DNA of 64,000 bases from NCBI GenBank assembly GCA_965662235.1, contig CBFIGY010000013.1, positions 11,867 to 75,866 of the forward strand, read 5' to 3'. Origin of the DNA: an uncultured bacterium (GTDB lineage: Bacteria; SAR324; NAC60-12). Positions 19,123-29,116 of this stretch are shown piece by piece (position 1 is the first letter of the stretch; every line of letters begins with the position of its first letter). Below the pieces are notes generated by a model. That model was not told where the DNA came from, ran no database searches, and saw nothing but the letters and a program-made list of their open reading frames with translations. A program made the position numbers and the translations under genes.

Positions 19123-19884
19123 ATGAAAAAGCCTAATTTATTGCTGGTGGATGATGATACCAACATGCTGGCCTCGCTTCAGGACCTCCTCGAAGACGAC
19201 TACACCGTCTTCATGGCCCACAATGGAGAGGCGGCGCTGGAGCTCCTTCGGACCTCTGGGATGGATTTTCCGGTGGTGGTTTCGGATCAGAGCATGCCCC
19301 GTCTGCAGGGGCACGAGCTGTTCCGCATCATTCACCGCGAGTTCCCTGACACCCTGGGGATTCTGTTTACGGGTTTTCCTGAGGTGGAGAGTCTGATTCA
19401 GGCGGTCAATGAGGGGCACATCTACGGATGCCTGCGCAAGGACTTCCAGTCGCAGGACCTGGTGCAGCTGGTCAACCGGGCCTACCAGTGGCAAGAGAGC
19501 CTCCGGGGCCTCAAGGCCCAGGCGGGACTGGGTGTCACCGATCAGCTCGAGCAGGAGCTGCAGCGGGCCTGGCGGTATGGCTTGGAGTATGTGGGGGTGT
19601 TGATCGACTGGTCGGGACCCGCAGCTCCGGAACGCCTGAAGCAGCGGTTGCGCAAAAGCGATGTGGTGGGAAACCTCAATCACTCCCGGAGCCTGGTTCT
19701 GCTGACGCACACGCCACTGGACAAGGCCAAGCCGGCGCTGGACCGCCTTCTGACCACCTGCCCCGAATGCCAACTGGGCATCCTCAAGCCCAGTTCGGAG
19801 CAAGAGCCTTCGGTTGAAGCCTACCTGCTCACCCTGAGCACTGAGCCGTTGCAAACGGTCACCACAGCCCTGACTGGAGCTTAG
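19123..19884 (+). CDS. response regulator: receiver domain plus uncharacterized C-terminal domain of about 120 aa
   Basis: REC motifs: LLLVDDDTNM, VVVSDQSMP, LFTGF, CLRKDF. The C-terminal region RAWRYGLEYVGVLIDW is not recognised. Confidence 0.65.
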   Translation: MKKPNLLLVDDDTNMLASLQDLLEDDYTVFMAHNGEAALELLRTSGMDFPVVVSDQSMPRLQGHELFRIIHREFPDTLGILFTGFPEVESLIQAVNEGHIYGCLRKDFQSQDLVQLVNRAYQWQESLRGLKAQAGLGVTDQLEQELQRAWRYGLEYVGVLIDWSGPAAPERLKQRLRKSDVVGNLNHSRSLVLLTHTPLDKAKPALDRLLTTCPECQLGILKPSSEQEPSVEAYLLTLSTEPLQTVTTALTGA

Positions 19885-20240
19885 AGGTCCTCCAGGATCT
19901 GCATCAGGTCCGGGACCTTGAACGGTTTGTCCAGAAACCGCCACACGTCCAGCTCCTTGAAGAGGTGCTTGAAGCTCACCCCCTTCACATCGGCCCCACC
20001 AGACATGACAATGACCCGAAAGGTCATGCCCTGCCCTCGGACCACCCGCAGCAGTTCCTCTCCATCCATCTCTGGCATGATGTAATCCGTGATCATCAGG
20101 TCCGGATGCCCTGCCTCCAGGGCGATCAAGGCTTCCTTGCCGTTGGTCACGCCCCGCACCTCATGGTCCAGGGTTTCTAGGATGTCGATGAGAACGTCTC
20201 GGAAGACGGCGCTGTCCTCTACTACCAGTATTTTAGCCAT
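19881..20240 (-). CDS. single-domain CheY-like response regulator (last gene of the long minus-strand string)
   Basis: MAKILVVEDSAVFRDVL...LMITDYIMPEMDG...VIVMSGGAD...LDKPF. Confidence 0.8.
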   Translation of the reverse strand: MAKILVVEDSAVFRDVLIDILETLDHEVRGVTNGKEALIALEAGHPDLMITDYIMPEMDGEELLRVVRGQGMTFRVIVMSGGADVKGVSFKHLFKELDVWRFLDKPFKVPDLMQILEDL

Positions 20241-21867
20241 GCAGGGTCTCAGGTGGATCGACGGGTTGTTTGGGAAGTTGAATGCAGAAGCAGGCCCCCG
20301 GCCCCTGGTTCTCCACCGTGAGGCGTCCGCCTAGGTGCTGCTCCACAATCATCCGGGACATGTGCAGGCCAAGGCCAGTGCCCTGGCGGTCTCGTTTGGT
20401 GCTGAAGTACGGTTCAAAGATACGCTCCCTCAGGTCCTCCGGAATGCCTCCTCCGGAGTCACAGACCGTCAGCAGGAGGAGGGCCTCCTGATCCTGCAGG
20501 GTAAAGGTGAGGGTACGTTTGTCGTCTGGGATATTCTGCATCGCGTCCACCGCATTGCTGATGAGGTTCAGCAGCACCTGCAGCAGTTCGCTGGGAAGGG
20601 ACTCAATGAGTGGTGCTTCCTCAAATAGCACAGACACCTCCACCTGAAACCGCTGGAGCCGCTGTTCCATTAGGCTCAGGGCCTGGTTGCAGACCGCGAC
20701 GAGGTCTGTTGGCTGCGGCTGCTGCTCCGCCTGCAGCATCTTCCGGAAGTCCTCAATTGTCTGGGAGAGGTACTCCGTTTGAGCCTGAATCTTATCCAGT
20801 CCTTCCGCCATGCCTTCATCGGTGAGCTTCTTCAGCTGCCGTTTGAGGATCATGCCCTGCGCTAGGGTGCTGATGACGGCCAGGGGCTGACGCCACTGAT
20901 GGGCCACCATGCCGAGCACTTCTCCCATGGTCGCCAAACGTGTGGCCTGCCGGAGTTGCCGCTGCGACTCCACCAGCGCCTCATTGGACTGCTTCAGTTC
21001 GGTGTTTGATTCCTCTAGGTCGCTTTCTGCCTGCGCCCGTTCCTCCATCAGGTGCACCATGGTCTGCTGGTACACCTGCACCGCCTCCACCAGCTGCATC
21101 ACCTCAAAGGTCGTGATCTGCTTCGGATCAAAGGTCATGGGTCGCAGGTAGTGGGTTCCGTTGAGGTTCCGCCACCGCAGGCTGTGGTCCGTGATCTTAT
21201 CGGCAAGCCCCACCAGCGGACGACTGAGGCGTCGAGAGAGGTAACTCACCAGCGCCAGGGAGAAGATCAGCGACACCCCCAGCATGATCATGAGGTTGCG
21301 CATCTCTCGCTGCAGAATCTCTTGCTCAAAGTCATCATTGAACAGCACCATCAACCGTCCCAGCGGAGCACCTCGGTTGTTGAGCAGCACCGAAATCTCC
21401 AGCAGCCGCTCACCTGCCTGAAGCTCCTGGCCCTTGAGCTTCAGGCGTTCCTGCAGCTCAATCGTTTTGCTGAAGAACCCCTGTGCCCGGTACCCCTGCA
21501 GAGGAACAGAACCGCTCTGCAGCAGCCCCACTACCTTGCGACGGGGAAGGTGGTTTTCCTGAAAAAACGACGGATCGGATGCATCCAGAATAGTGCCCTC
21601 CTGATCCAGCACATACGCCAATTCCACCTGCGGCAACGCGCTCATCTCCCCGAGGGTGATGTTCAGCAACGCCCAGTTTCGCGACAGCACCGAGTCCGTG
21701 CAGTCCCGGACAAAGGTCATCACCAACCACTGGTTCAGCTCCAACTGCTGCCGCTGCTGGGCCTGAGCGGCATACCAGAGCTGGTAGGCAAACAGAAGGG
21801 CGGCTGTCAACGACAGCAGGCCTCCAAACCAAAGAAACAGCTGTGCCTGAATCCGGAGTCGCTTCAT
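20233..21867 (-). CDS. membrane sensor histidine kinase (periplasmic domain of about 170 aa, HisKA, HATPase)
   Basis: Two TM segments. H-box GMVAHQWRQPLAVIS. HATPase motif CDSGGGIPEDLRERIFEPYFSTK...GTGLGLHMS. Confidence 0.85.
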   Translation of the reverse strand: MKRLRIQAQLFLWFGGLLSLTAALLFAYQLWYAAQAQQRQQLELNQWLVMTFVRDCTDSVLSRNWALLNITLGEMSALPQVELAYVLDQEGTILDASDPSFFQENHLPRRKVVGLLQSGSVPLQGYRAQGFFSKTIELQERLKLKGQELQAGERLLEISVLLNNRGAPLGRLMVLFNDDFEQEILQREMRNLMIMLGVSLIFSLALVSYLSRRLSRPLVGLADKITDHSLRWRNLNGTHYLRPMTFDPKQITTFEVMQLVEAVQVYQQTMVHLMEERAQAESDLEESNTELKQSNEALVESQRQLRQATRLATMGEVLGMVAHQWRQPLAVISTLAQGMILKRQLKKLTDEGMAEGLDKIQAQTEYLSQTIEDFRKMLQAEQQPQPTDLVAVCNQALSLMEQRLQRFQVEVSVLFEEAPLIESLPSELLQVLLNLISNAVDAMQNIPDDKRTLTFTLQDQEALLLLTVCDSGGGIPEDLRERIFEPYFSTKRDRQGTGLGLHMSRMIVEQHLGGRLTVENQGPGACFCIQLPKQPVDPPETLHG

Positions 21868-21871
21868 GCGT

Positions 21872-22795
21872 TTACTTCACCCGGATGCTCTCAAGGTGGA
21901 AGAAGGCCTCCAGTTTATTCGGAAACAGAGCGGCCGTCGCCGTCGCTGGTTGCACAGGGAGGACAACAAACCCGCCTCCAAACGTCTCCGGAATGGGGTT
22001 GCCTTCAAGGGAGTAGGCCACCAGGACCTGACTCAGATCGGTTTCTGGAGGAAGCAACAGGGAGCTTCCCAGGGTGGAGTGCAGCTCCAGGCTCTGATTG
22101 GCGGGCCGATGGGGAACCAGATGGTGGAGCGCGACCACGCCCACATCGGTGCTTTCATTGGGAACCATCACCCCCTTGCGCACCCCCCGGGGGATGGGCA
22201 GGACACGAGCCAGCTTGGCTTGAGGCGCCCGCATCAAGCGCTCACGGCTCCACTCTTCCACAGCGTCTCCCTGCTGAACCTGAACGGCCGGCACCAGGTC
22301 CAGGTGTCCAAAGAGAACCCTCTCGACGTACCAGGTGTAAAGCCCAATGTCTCGATTCTGCTCACTGACCACCTTCAGCGGTCCCCCCCGACGCGGAGAG
22401 ATGGGCTTACCGTTCTGCTCAAACGCGAGCAGGGCGCCCGCCTGGATCAGGTCTTCTAGGGGCTCATGGGTGCTGTAACCGTCATTGGCCAGCATGGTCA
22501 CGTCACCCTCAAATTCAGTCAGGCCGAGCAATTCCGGGAGCTTGGCAATGGGGATGCCGCCAAACTGCTGGGGGCCATCTTTGGCAAAAATGGGATCGGT
22601 GATCTCAATGGTCGTGAGGTACGGACGCAGGTCCGCTTCCTCAACCACCACCTCCTGAACCTCTAGGTTGGCGTTGCGGGCATAAAGACGCAGCTCAAAG
22701 TGGACGGCCTGCGCTGGCGTGGCCATCAGGGCCAGGCCGAACAGGCTCAGCAGCAGGAGGCTCCGGACAAAGCCGGATCGGTGTAACGGATGCAT
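21872..22795 (-). CDS. secreted protein with oxidoreductase-molybdopterin-binding-like fold but no obvious Mo-ligating Cys; tightly coupled upstream of the HK at 20233-21867
   Basis: Signal peptide. GIPIAKLPELLGL...VTMLANDGYSTHEPLEDL...ALLAFEQNGKPISPRRGGPLKVVSE is collinear with the YuiH/YedY/sulfite-oxidase Mo-domain. Only 4 nt separate its stop from the HK start. Confidence 0.5.
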   Translation of the reverse strand: MHPLHRSGFVRSLLLLSLFGLALMATPAQAVHFELRLYARNANLEVQEVVVEEADLRPYLTTIEITDPIFAKDGPQQFGGIPIAKLPELLGLTEFEGDVTMLANDGYSTHEPLEDLIQAGALLAFEQNGKPISPRRGGPLKVVSEQNRDIGLYTWYVERVLFGHLDLVPAVQVQQGDAVEEWSRERLMRAPQAKLARVLPIPRGVRKGVMVPNESTDVGVVALHHLVPHRPANQSLELHSTLGSSLLLPPETDLSQVLVAYSLEGNPIPETFGGGFVVLPVQPATATAALFPNKLEAFFHLESIRVK

Positions 22796-22807
22796 GGGGT
22801 CCTTAAG

Positions 22808-24301
22808 TTAAGGGGAAACAACAGGAAAGATGATCTGTACCAAAGTGCCGTGGTTCTCCTTGCTCTGGAGATGAAAGACGCCATCTTGGTCGGCAATGAT
22901 GCTCCGGCAAATGGAAAGCCCGAGTCCGGTGCCCTTGCCGGCCTCTTTGGTGGTAAAGAAGGGGTCTTCAATCCGCTGAAGGAGCTTTTTCGGAATTCCG
23001 GGGCCTGTGTCTTCCACTTCTAGGTAAACCTGATCCTCGTTGCGGTACACCCGGAGGATGAGTTGTTTGGGGCCGTTGAAGTGCTGGAAGGCGTCTCGGG
23101 CGTTGCTGACCACCTCCACCAGCACATGCTGCACCTGCCCAGGAATGCAGCGGATGGTGCACGGCTCATCGGTGTACTCTTCGAGCAACTCAATGCCTCG
23201 TCCCACAAACTGCTGACGGTGCAGGTCTGAAGTGGCTCGGGCGAGGTTCCGGGGGTCTTCTTCCACAAAGTCGGTCTGATTGGAGACCTGAGCAAAGTGC
23301 CGCAGTTGCTGAATGACGACGGCAATCCGGTCCACGTGTTCGTCAATGCGTTCCAGCGAGCCCCGGACCTTCTCAGGGCGTTTTTCCAGCTGCCCCATGG
23401 CCCCACTGACCGAGAGCTTGATGATGCCGAGCGGGTTGTTGATTTCATGGGCCAGTCCGGTGGCAATGCTTCCCAGCGACGAGAGCTTGGTGCTCTGCAC
23501 CAGCTGACGCTGCAGGGCCACGCTGTCTCGCTGGTGCCGGACCAAGCGGGCGTGATTTTCCAGACGGGCCAGCATCTCTTCCCGGGAGAAGGGCTTGACG
23601 AGGTAGTCGTTGGCGCCGGCCTTGAGGGCCTCAATGACCACCGAGTACTCTCCTGCTGCCGTGAGGATGATCACCGGCAGTTCCGGACGGTCGAGGGGTC
23701 CTCGAATGGTCCGGCACAGCTCAATGCCGTCCATCTTCGGCATCACAAAGTCCGTCACCACTAGGTCCACCGGGTGCTGCTCAAGCAGGGCAATCGCCTC
23801 TTCCCCGTTGGCAGCATCCAGCACCCGGGCGCCGCGCTTGCGGAGGATGCGGGCCAGGATGGTTCGGATGGAACGGGAATCGTCCACCACCAGGATGTTG
23901 ATGTCCTCCAACGAGCTTTCATCTGCCAGCAGCTCCTCCAGGTACTCCTTGAGGCTTCCTGGGGCAAAGGGCTTGCGGATGAACTCCACGGCGCCAGCGT
24001 GGAAGGCCCGGGCGTTCAGGTTGGGCTCCTCTTTGCTGGAAATGACGATGATCGGAATGTGCGAACACTGCGGGTAGTAGCGGATGCGCTGGATGGTTGT
24101 GATGCCGTCAATCTCCGGCATCTCCACGTCCATGGTGATGGCGTCGGGCTCCAGCTCAATCGCCAGGCTCATGGCCTCGCGACCACTCTCAGCCTCATAA
24201 ATTTCCGCATTGGCCAGGCTCGAGAGTTCCTCGCGGATGATCTTCCGGGAGCTGGGGCTGTCATCAACAATCAAAATTTTCAGGGGGACCATCTTTCTCA
24301 T
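22808..24301 (-). CDS. hybrid histidine kinase with two N-terminal receiver domains (REC-REC-HisKA-HATPase)
   Basis: REC1: ILIVDDSPS...ITMDVEMPEIDG...KPF. REC2: ILVVDDSRS...VVTDFVMPKMDG...LVKPF. H-box GLAHEINNPLGII. HATPase EVEDTGPGIP...GTGLGLSI. Confidence 0.85.
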   Translation of the reverse strand: MRKMVPLKILIVDDSPSSRKIIREELSSLANAEIYEAESGREAMSLAIELEPDAITMDVEMPEIDGITTIQRIRYYPQCSHIPIIVISSKEEPNLNARAFHAGAVEFIRKPFAPGSLKEYLEELLADESSLEDINILVVDDSRSIRTILARILRKRGARVLDAANGEEAIALLEQHPVDLVVTDFVMPKMDGIELCRTIRGPLDRPELPVIILTAAGEYSVVIEALKAGANDYLVKPFSREEMLARLENHARLVRHQRDSVALQRQLVQSTKLSSLGSIATGLAHEINNPLGIIKLSVSGAMGQLEKRPEKVRGSLERIDEHVDRIAVVIQQLRHFAQVSNQTDFVEEDPRNLARATSDLHRQQFVGRGIELLEEYTDEPCTIRCIPGQVQHVLVEVVSNARDAFQHFNGPKQLILRVYRNEDQVYLEVEDTGPGIPKKLLQRIEDPFFTTKEAGKGTGLGLSICRSIIADQDGVFHLQSKENHGTLVQIIFPVVSP

Positions 24302-24355
24302 TTCTCCTACTCACTCAAGGAGCGGTTGTCGCCATCGTCACGCCTCGCACACCCC

Positions 24356-25594
24356 TCAGTCCCAGAGCGTTTGCTTGGCAAAAAAATCAAGAATCTGGTT
24401 GAGCAGGGTCTGCTCCTCCGGAGCAACGTAAAGGAACTCAATGCCGAACTCCCCCCGCCCTTCCACGGAACGGTTCCAGATGGTGGTGCCAATCACCTCC
24501 AGCGGAGCCAGATCGGGAATCACCGGACGTCCCTGGTCCCAGTACACCGTCATCCGCACCGTCACTCCCACCGGAAGCGACTGCTCCGACTTGACCCGTG
24601 CCCCGGAGCGGGACAGGTCCAGCAGCTCTCCTGTGGAAAGGACCGTTTGCTTCTGGGTGCTCCGGCGCTCCTCAAACGTCACCGGGACCAGGACGTTGTA
24701 GCGCTCGGCTCGGCTGGTCCGGGCATTGAAGAAACGCTCTTCTGCTTCACAGAGCACCTCCTCGGAGTGCATGCCCTCCGGAGGGTTCTCCCGGAAGTAG
24801 TTGCAGCGCTTGATGTAGTTGATCGTCACCGGATCTTCAGGAAAACGCTCCAGACACTCCCGAAACGGGTGCAGCGCCTCCTCAAAGAGCCACGCCTTGT
24901 ACAGGGCCATTCCCTGAAAGAGCAGCATCTGCGTCTCACGCTTCACGGCCTGCAGCGCCTCAGAGTCGGTGGCAAACACCTCATACACATTCACCAGCCG
25001 CTGCCGGCCCCGAACCCGGAGCGTGTCCACCTCCCGGACCGCCTGGGCCTGCGTCTTCAGGGCGGCATGCGTGTGATGAGAAATGAGGATCCGGGAGCCA
25101 AACGACTTGGTCAGGCTTTCCAGACGTGCAGCCAAGTTGACGGCATCTCCCACCACCGAAAGGTGCTTGCCGCGCAGGTTCCCCACCCAGCGGTGTCCGA
25201 CAATCACAGGACCGGTGTTGATGCCAATGCCCGCCCGGAACTGCCGAGCCCGAGGGCGGGCGTTGAACTCATCCAACCGTTGCTGCATGGCCACTGCCGC
25301 TTGGACGGCATGGTCAGCGCTGAACTTTCCCTCAAAGAGGGCCATGAGGGCGTCGCCCATGAACTTGTCCACGACACCATGATGCCGCTCGACCTCGAGG
25401 ACCAGGGCATCAAAGATCGCATTGAGCATGCGGAACCCCGTCTTCGGGGTGGTGGACTCGACATGCGTGGTGTAGCCACGGATGTCCAGAAACAGAATGG
25501 ACAGCTTCATCTCGCGCAGAGGAGCGTTGTCTTCGCTCAGGGCGTCGGTGCTGGCAATCCAATGGAGTCCTCGTTTCCTAGAAGAATTCGACAT
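24356..25594 (-). CDS. class III adenylate/guanylate cyclase + TPR-like segment + C-terminal PilZ-like domain (paralogue of 16214-17938 without REC); start uncertain
   Basis: CHD: LSILFLDIRGYT...VVDKFMGDALMALFEG...VGDAVNLAARLE. C-terminus: DLSRSGARV (DxSxxG), beta-rich GIEFLYVAPEEQ. Confidence 0.7.
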   Translation of the reverse strand: MSNSSRKRGLHWIASTDALSEDNAPLREMKLSILFLDIRGYTTHVESTTPKTGFRMLNAIFDALVLEVERHHGVVDKFMGDALMALFEGKFSADHAVQAAVAMQQRLDEFNARPRARQFRAGIGINTGPVIVGHRWVGNLRGKHLSVVGDAVNLAARLESLTKSFGSRILISHHTHAALKTQAQAVREVDTLRVRGRQRLVNVYEVFATDSEALQAVKRETQMLLFQGMALYKAWLFEEALHPFRECLERFPEDPVTINYIKRCNYFRENPPEGMHSEEVLCEAEERFFNARTSRAERYNVLVPVTFEERRSTQKQTVLSTGELLDLSRSGARVKSEQSLPVGVTVRMTVYWDQGRPVIPDLAPLEVIGTTIWNRSVEGRGEFGIEFLYVAPEEQTLLNQILDFFAKQTLWD

Positions 25595-27372
25595 CGTCTA
25601 ATAGGTCTTCCTCGCTCGCCTCCGCTGGTGCGGTCTCCGCTTGCTTCTCAGCCGGGTCCCAGCCCTCAAACAGTCGACTCAGGACCTCCTGAAAGGGTTC
25701 CTGCAGACAGGACTGATGAATGGTCCGTTCCACATCTCGGGAGTAGAGGTGTTCCAGCTCTGAGAGATCCAGGGGGGAGGGAACCTCGGTTTCCGGTTCC
25801 AGCGTGTGTTCCAGCTCGGCGTGGAGGAGTTCAATGAGTTGATACGTGAGGCGGACGCGGAGTTCCACCTGTTCCCCAAAGGAAAGATTTTCCAACAAGG
25901 TGAGGATTCCGCCAGCTAATTTCCACGTCTCCCGTGACACGGCCCCCGTCCGGGCCAGCATGGCCACGCTTGCCTCCCGGAATCCCTGCAGGCGCTCATT
26001 GAGCGATGCCCGGGTCCGGCCTACGGATTCGAGCTGCTGATCCAGAGACTGCTCCAGCGCTTCCTGGAAGCCAGCAATCAGCTCCAGCCCCTCCTGCAGG
26101 GTGGAGACTTCTCGAGACAGCAGGGTCTGTGCTTCCTCAGAACGGTGGATGACCTCATGGCTCAGTTTTTCCAGGTGCAGCGACTGCTCTCCGGCATCAT
26201 TCGGAAGCAGCATCGCGTTCACGGACATGCGGCGCAGGTCGTTTCCAATGTCCTCAATGGACTCCAGGTGCTCCCGGGTCAGGCGCAGCCGTGCATTGAC
26301 CTCCTCCATGGCCTCCAGCACACGCCGCGTCACCCCTTCACTGCGTCGGAGCGTCTGCAGCAGCGCCTGCAGGGCCAGGTCAAGCTGCCGGACGCCGGCA
26401 CTCAACGGACCTTCCAGCCCCAGGATTTCTCCGACTCGGGAAACCTGATTCTGCGCCCGCTCCGAAATGTCCCGGAACCGGGCGTCCACCTGCTGCTCCA
26501 CCTCATCGGTCTTGTGGAGCACATACGCCAACTGCCCCAGCTGAATTTCCAGACACTGCTTGGCCCAACGCCGGGACGCCACCGTCCCGTCTTCCAGGCG
26601 CGTTCCTGCGAGGAGGAGGGCCTGAGAAACGTGCTCCATCTGCTGACGGGTGATGTCATGGAACTGCACCGCCATCACCACCTGGTTGAGGTAGGGGACG
26701 ATTTCCTCTGAGTCCTTGCGGATCCAGCTGCAGGAGCTGACCACCTTGCGCATCAGGCTGCGCATCTCCCGGACCCCATCTTCCACCTGACGCTGCAGGG
26801 CCTCTGCTTCCAGAGGCATCAGTTCGCTCAGGCGGACCTGCCGCATGACGGTAAAGAACTCCTCCTGTGCCTGTTCCGCGCTCCAGGTCATGGAAAGCCG
26901 GGTGTCGGCCATGTGTCCGGCGAGGGTGGTGATGCCCTCAGACAGCTGAACAAAAGCCCGGGGGTGCGAATGCTGCTGCCCCTGCAGGTTCATGAGGACC
27001 CCGATGATGCGGACCGCGTGGGCAAGGCGCATGAGGAAGCCCCCCACCTGTTCCAGAGACTGGGTCCGTCCGGTCAGGTCGTGCAGACTGGGCAGGGTCC
27101 CGGTGAGCAGGGTGGTGCTGTCTCCCACCTCCCGTCCTCCTTCCCGGAACAGCGTCTCTACCTCATCAAGCTGCCACCCCTCGCCCGACTGAATCCGGGC
27201 TTCGACGTCGCCCACTTCAGCCGAGTTGTTCTTGAACTGGGTGGAGACGCCGTAGATCTGGTCTCCGAGCAAGAGGAAGTCCTGCTCCGTTTCCGCAGAG
27301 ATGCTCATCAGTCCCTCTGCAGCCTGGCGCAGGAGGGCGGTTCCGGAGGTCAAGTCAAAGGAGGCGGTCATG
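25578..27372 (-). CDS. coiled-coil protein, possibly a divergent soluble chemoreceptor-like protein (start placed at MTASFDL)
   Basis: Q/L/E-rich heptad-rich sequence. Segment RRMSVNAMLLPNDAGEQSLHLEKLSHEV weakly recalls the MCP tip [21 protein letters not shown]. Acidic C-terminus EEDLLDDVEFF. Confidence 0.4.
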
Positions 27373-27378
27373 GTCTCT

Positions 27379-27999
27379 TCAATCCCACAAATCGACATCC
27401 ACAGGACGCTGCGGACGTTGCTGTTTCTCTCGTTCACGCTGAACCTCCCGGATGAAGCTCCGGTCGCGCTCAACGACTTCAGACACTTCCGTACGCTGGA
27501 CCTTCCGGACGTACACGGAATAGTCCCGCGAGTCAAAGTAAATGACGCGGCCAAACACCCCCTCTAGGTCGGCCGCCACCACCGGAATGCGGTCCTCTTG
27601 AAGGAAGTTCACCACAAAGCGGGCGTTCCGGCCCCCAACGTCCAGCATGGGCGCCGCGTGTTGGTTGATCTGAAGCACCGCCGCGCCGCCAAAGACCTTG
27701 GCCTTGAGGTGCTTGCGCTGGGCGCCCAGTTTCATCATCCGGTTGATGAGCAGTTCCATGGCGTTGATGCCGTATCGTCCAGCATCACTCTTGAGCATGA
27801 GGTCCTGACTGCTGTACGACTGCGTGCTCAGCAGAAAGTGGTTCATGCCCACAATGTGATTGACCGGATCGTACAAACAGGCCGAGACACACGACCCCAG
27901 CAAGGTGATGAGCACCACGTCTTTTTCAGACGCATGATACTCACCCGGCTGTACGCGTATCTTCATGCGACTGTCGAACAGTTTCGGAGCTCTTGACAT
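27379..27999 (-). CDS. cheD: chemoreceptor glutamine deamidase CheD
   Basis: ITLLGSCVSACLYD (CheD catalytic Cys motif) ...VGMNHFLL...KVFGGAAVL. Confidence 0.8.
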   Translation of the reverse strand: MSRAPKLFDSRMKIRVQPGEYHASEKDVVLITLLGSCVSACLYDPVNHIVGMNHFLLSTQSYSSQDLMLKSDAGRYGINAMELLINRMMKLGAQRKHLKAKVFGGAAVLQINQHAAPMLDVGGRNARFVVNFLQEDRIPVVAADLEGVFGRVIYFDSRDYSVYVRKVQRTEVSEVVERDRSFIREVQREREKQQRPQRPVDVDLWD

Positions 28000-28020
28000 G
28001 TAAAAAAACCTTTCCGTATT

Positions 28021-29100
28021 TTAAGATCCGGAGTGTGCTTTCCGGAGCACGGCGACGGGAATTGAATCCAGTGGCAGCACCTGATGGGCGCCTCCCAGTT
28101 CAATGGCTTCTCGGGGCATCCCAAAGACCACACAGCTTTCCTCATCCTGGGCAAAGTTGTAGGCTCCGGCCTCAGCCATTTCCTTCATGCCCTTGGCGCC
28201 GTCATCGCCCATGCCGGTCAGGATGACCCCGAGGGCATTCTTGCCCGCGTACCGGGCGGCAGAGCGAAAGAGGACATCCACCGAGGGACGGTGTCGGGAG
28301 ACCAGGGGGCCCTCACGGACCTCCACAAAGTATCGGGCGCCGCTGCGTTTGATCAGCGTGTGGTGGTTGCCGGGGGCAATCAGGGCCTGCCCAGGCAGCA
28401 CACTATCGTTGTTCTGAGCCTCCTTCACCGTGATGCGGCAGAGGGAGTTCAGCCGTTCCGCAAAGGACCGGGTGAAGTGCTCTGGCATGTGCTGCACCAC
28501 CACAATGCCCGGACACTGCACCGGCATCTGTTCCAGAAACACCCGCAGGGCCTCGGTGCCTCCGGTGGAGGCTCCCACCACAACCACCTTTTCTGTGGTC
28601 TGCACCATGGCGTGGCTGCTCGCTGCCGGCAGCACAGCGTCTGCGGTCAGCTTCGGAGTCACCGTCATGGAGCCAGCTCCCGGAGGACGCCTCATGCGAG
28701 AAAGCTTTGCTGAAGCAGCCGCCCGGACCGCGTCTCCCATGAGGATGCGGGACTCTTCAAAGAAGTCTCGGACCCCAATCCGGGGCTTGAAGATCACCTC
28801 CACGGCACCATACTCCAGAGCCTTCAGCGCAGTCTCCGACCCCCTTTCCGCCAGGCTGGAGCAGATGATGACCGGAAGCGGGTGCTGGGTCATGATCTTC
28901 TTCAAGAACGTCAACCCATCCATGCGGGGCATCTCCACATCCAGAATGATCACATCCGGAACCTTGCTGCGCAGACGCTCGGCCGCCACAATGGGGTCCG
29001 GTGCCAGCACCGAGACCTTGATATCGGGGAGCGAATCCAACACCTCCTTCAACCCTTGACGCACCAGGGCGGAGTCATCAACGATCATCACATCAATCAT
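28021..29100 (-). CDS. cheB: protein-glutamate methylesterase/response regulator CheB
   Basis: REC: [13 protein letters not shown]...[12 protein letters not shown]. Methylesterase: [17 protein letters not shown]...[15 protein letters not shown]...GMGDDGAKG. Confidence 0.9.
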   Translation of the reverse strand: MIDVMIVDDSALVRQGLKEVLDSLPDIKVSVLAPDPIVAAERLRSKVPDVIILDVEMPRMDGLTFLKKIMTQHPLPVIICSSLAERGSETALKALEYGAVEVIFKPRIGVRDFFEESRILMGDAVRAAASAKLSRMRRPPGAGSMTVTPKLTADAVLPAASSHAMVQTTEKVVVVGASTGGTEALRVFLEQMPVQCPGIVVVQHMPEHFTRSFAERLNSLCRITVKEAQNNDSVLPGQALIAPGNHHTLIKRSGARYFVEVREGPLVSRHRPSVDVLFRSAARYAGKNALGVILTGMGDDGAKGMKEMAEAGAYNFAQDEESCVVFGMPREAIELGGAHQVLPLDSIPVAVLRKAHSGS

Positions 29101-29116
29101 GACCTTCCTTCAACAC

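Noticed and set aside
24356-25594. Calling the cyclases guanylate rather than adenylate cyclases
   Set aside because: I cannot reliably read the substrate-specifying residue pair (Lys/Asp versus Glu/Cys) without an alignment, so I left them as class III adenylate/guanylate cyclases.
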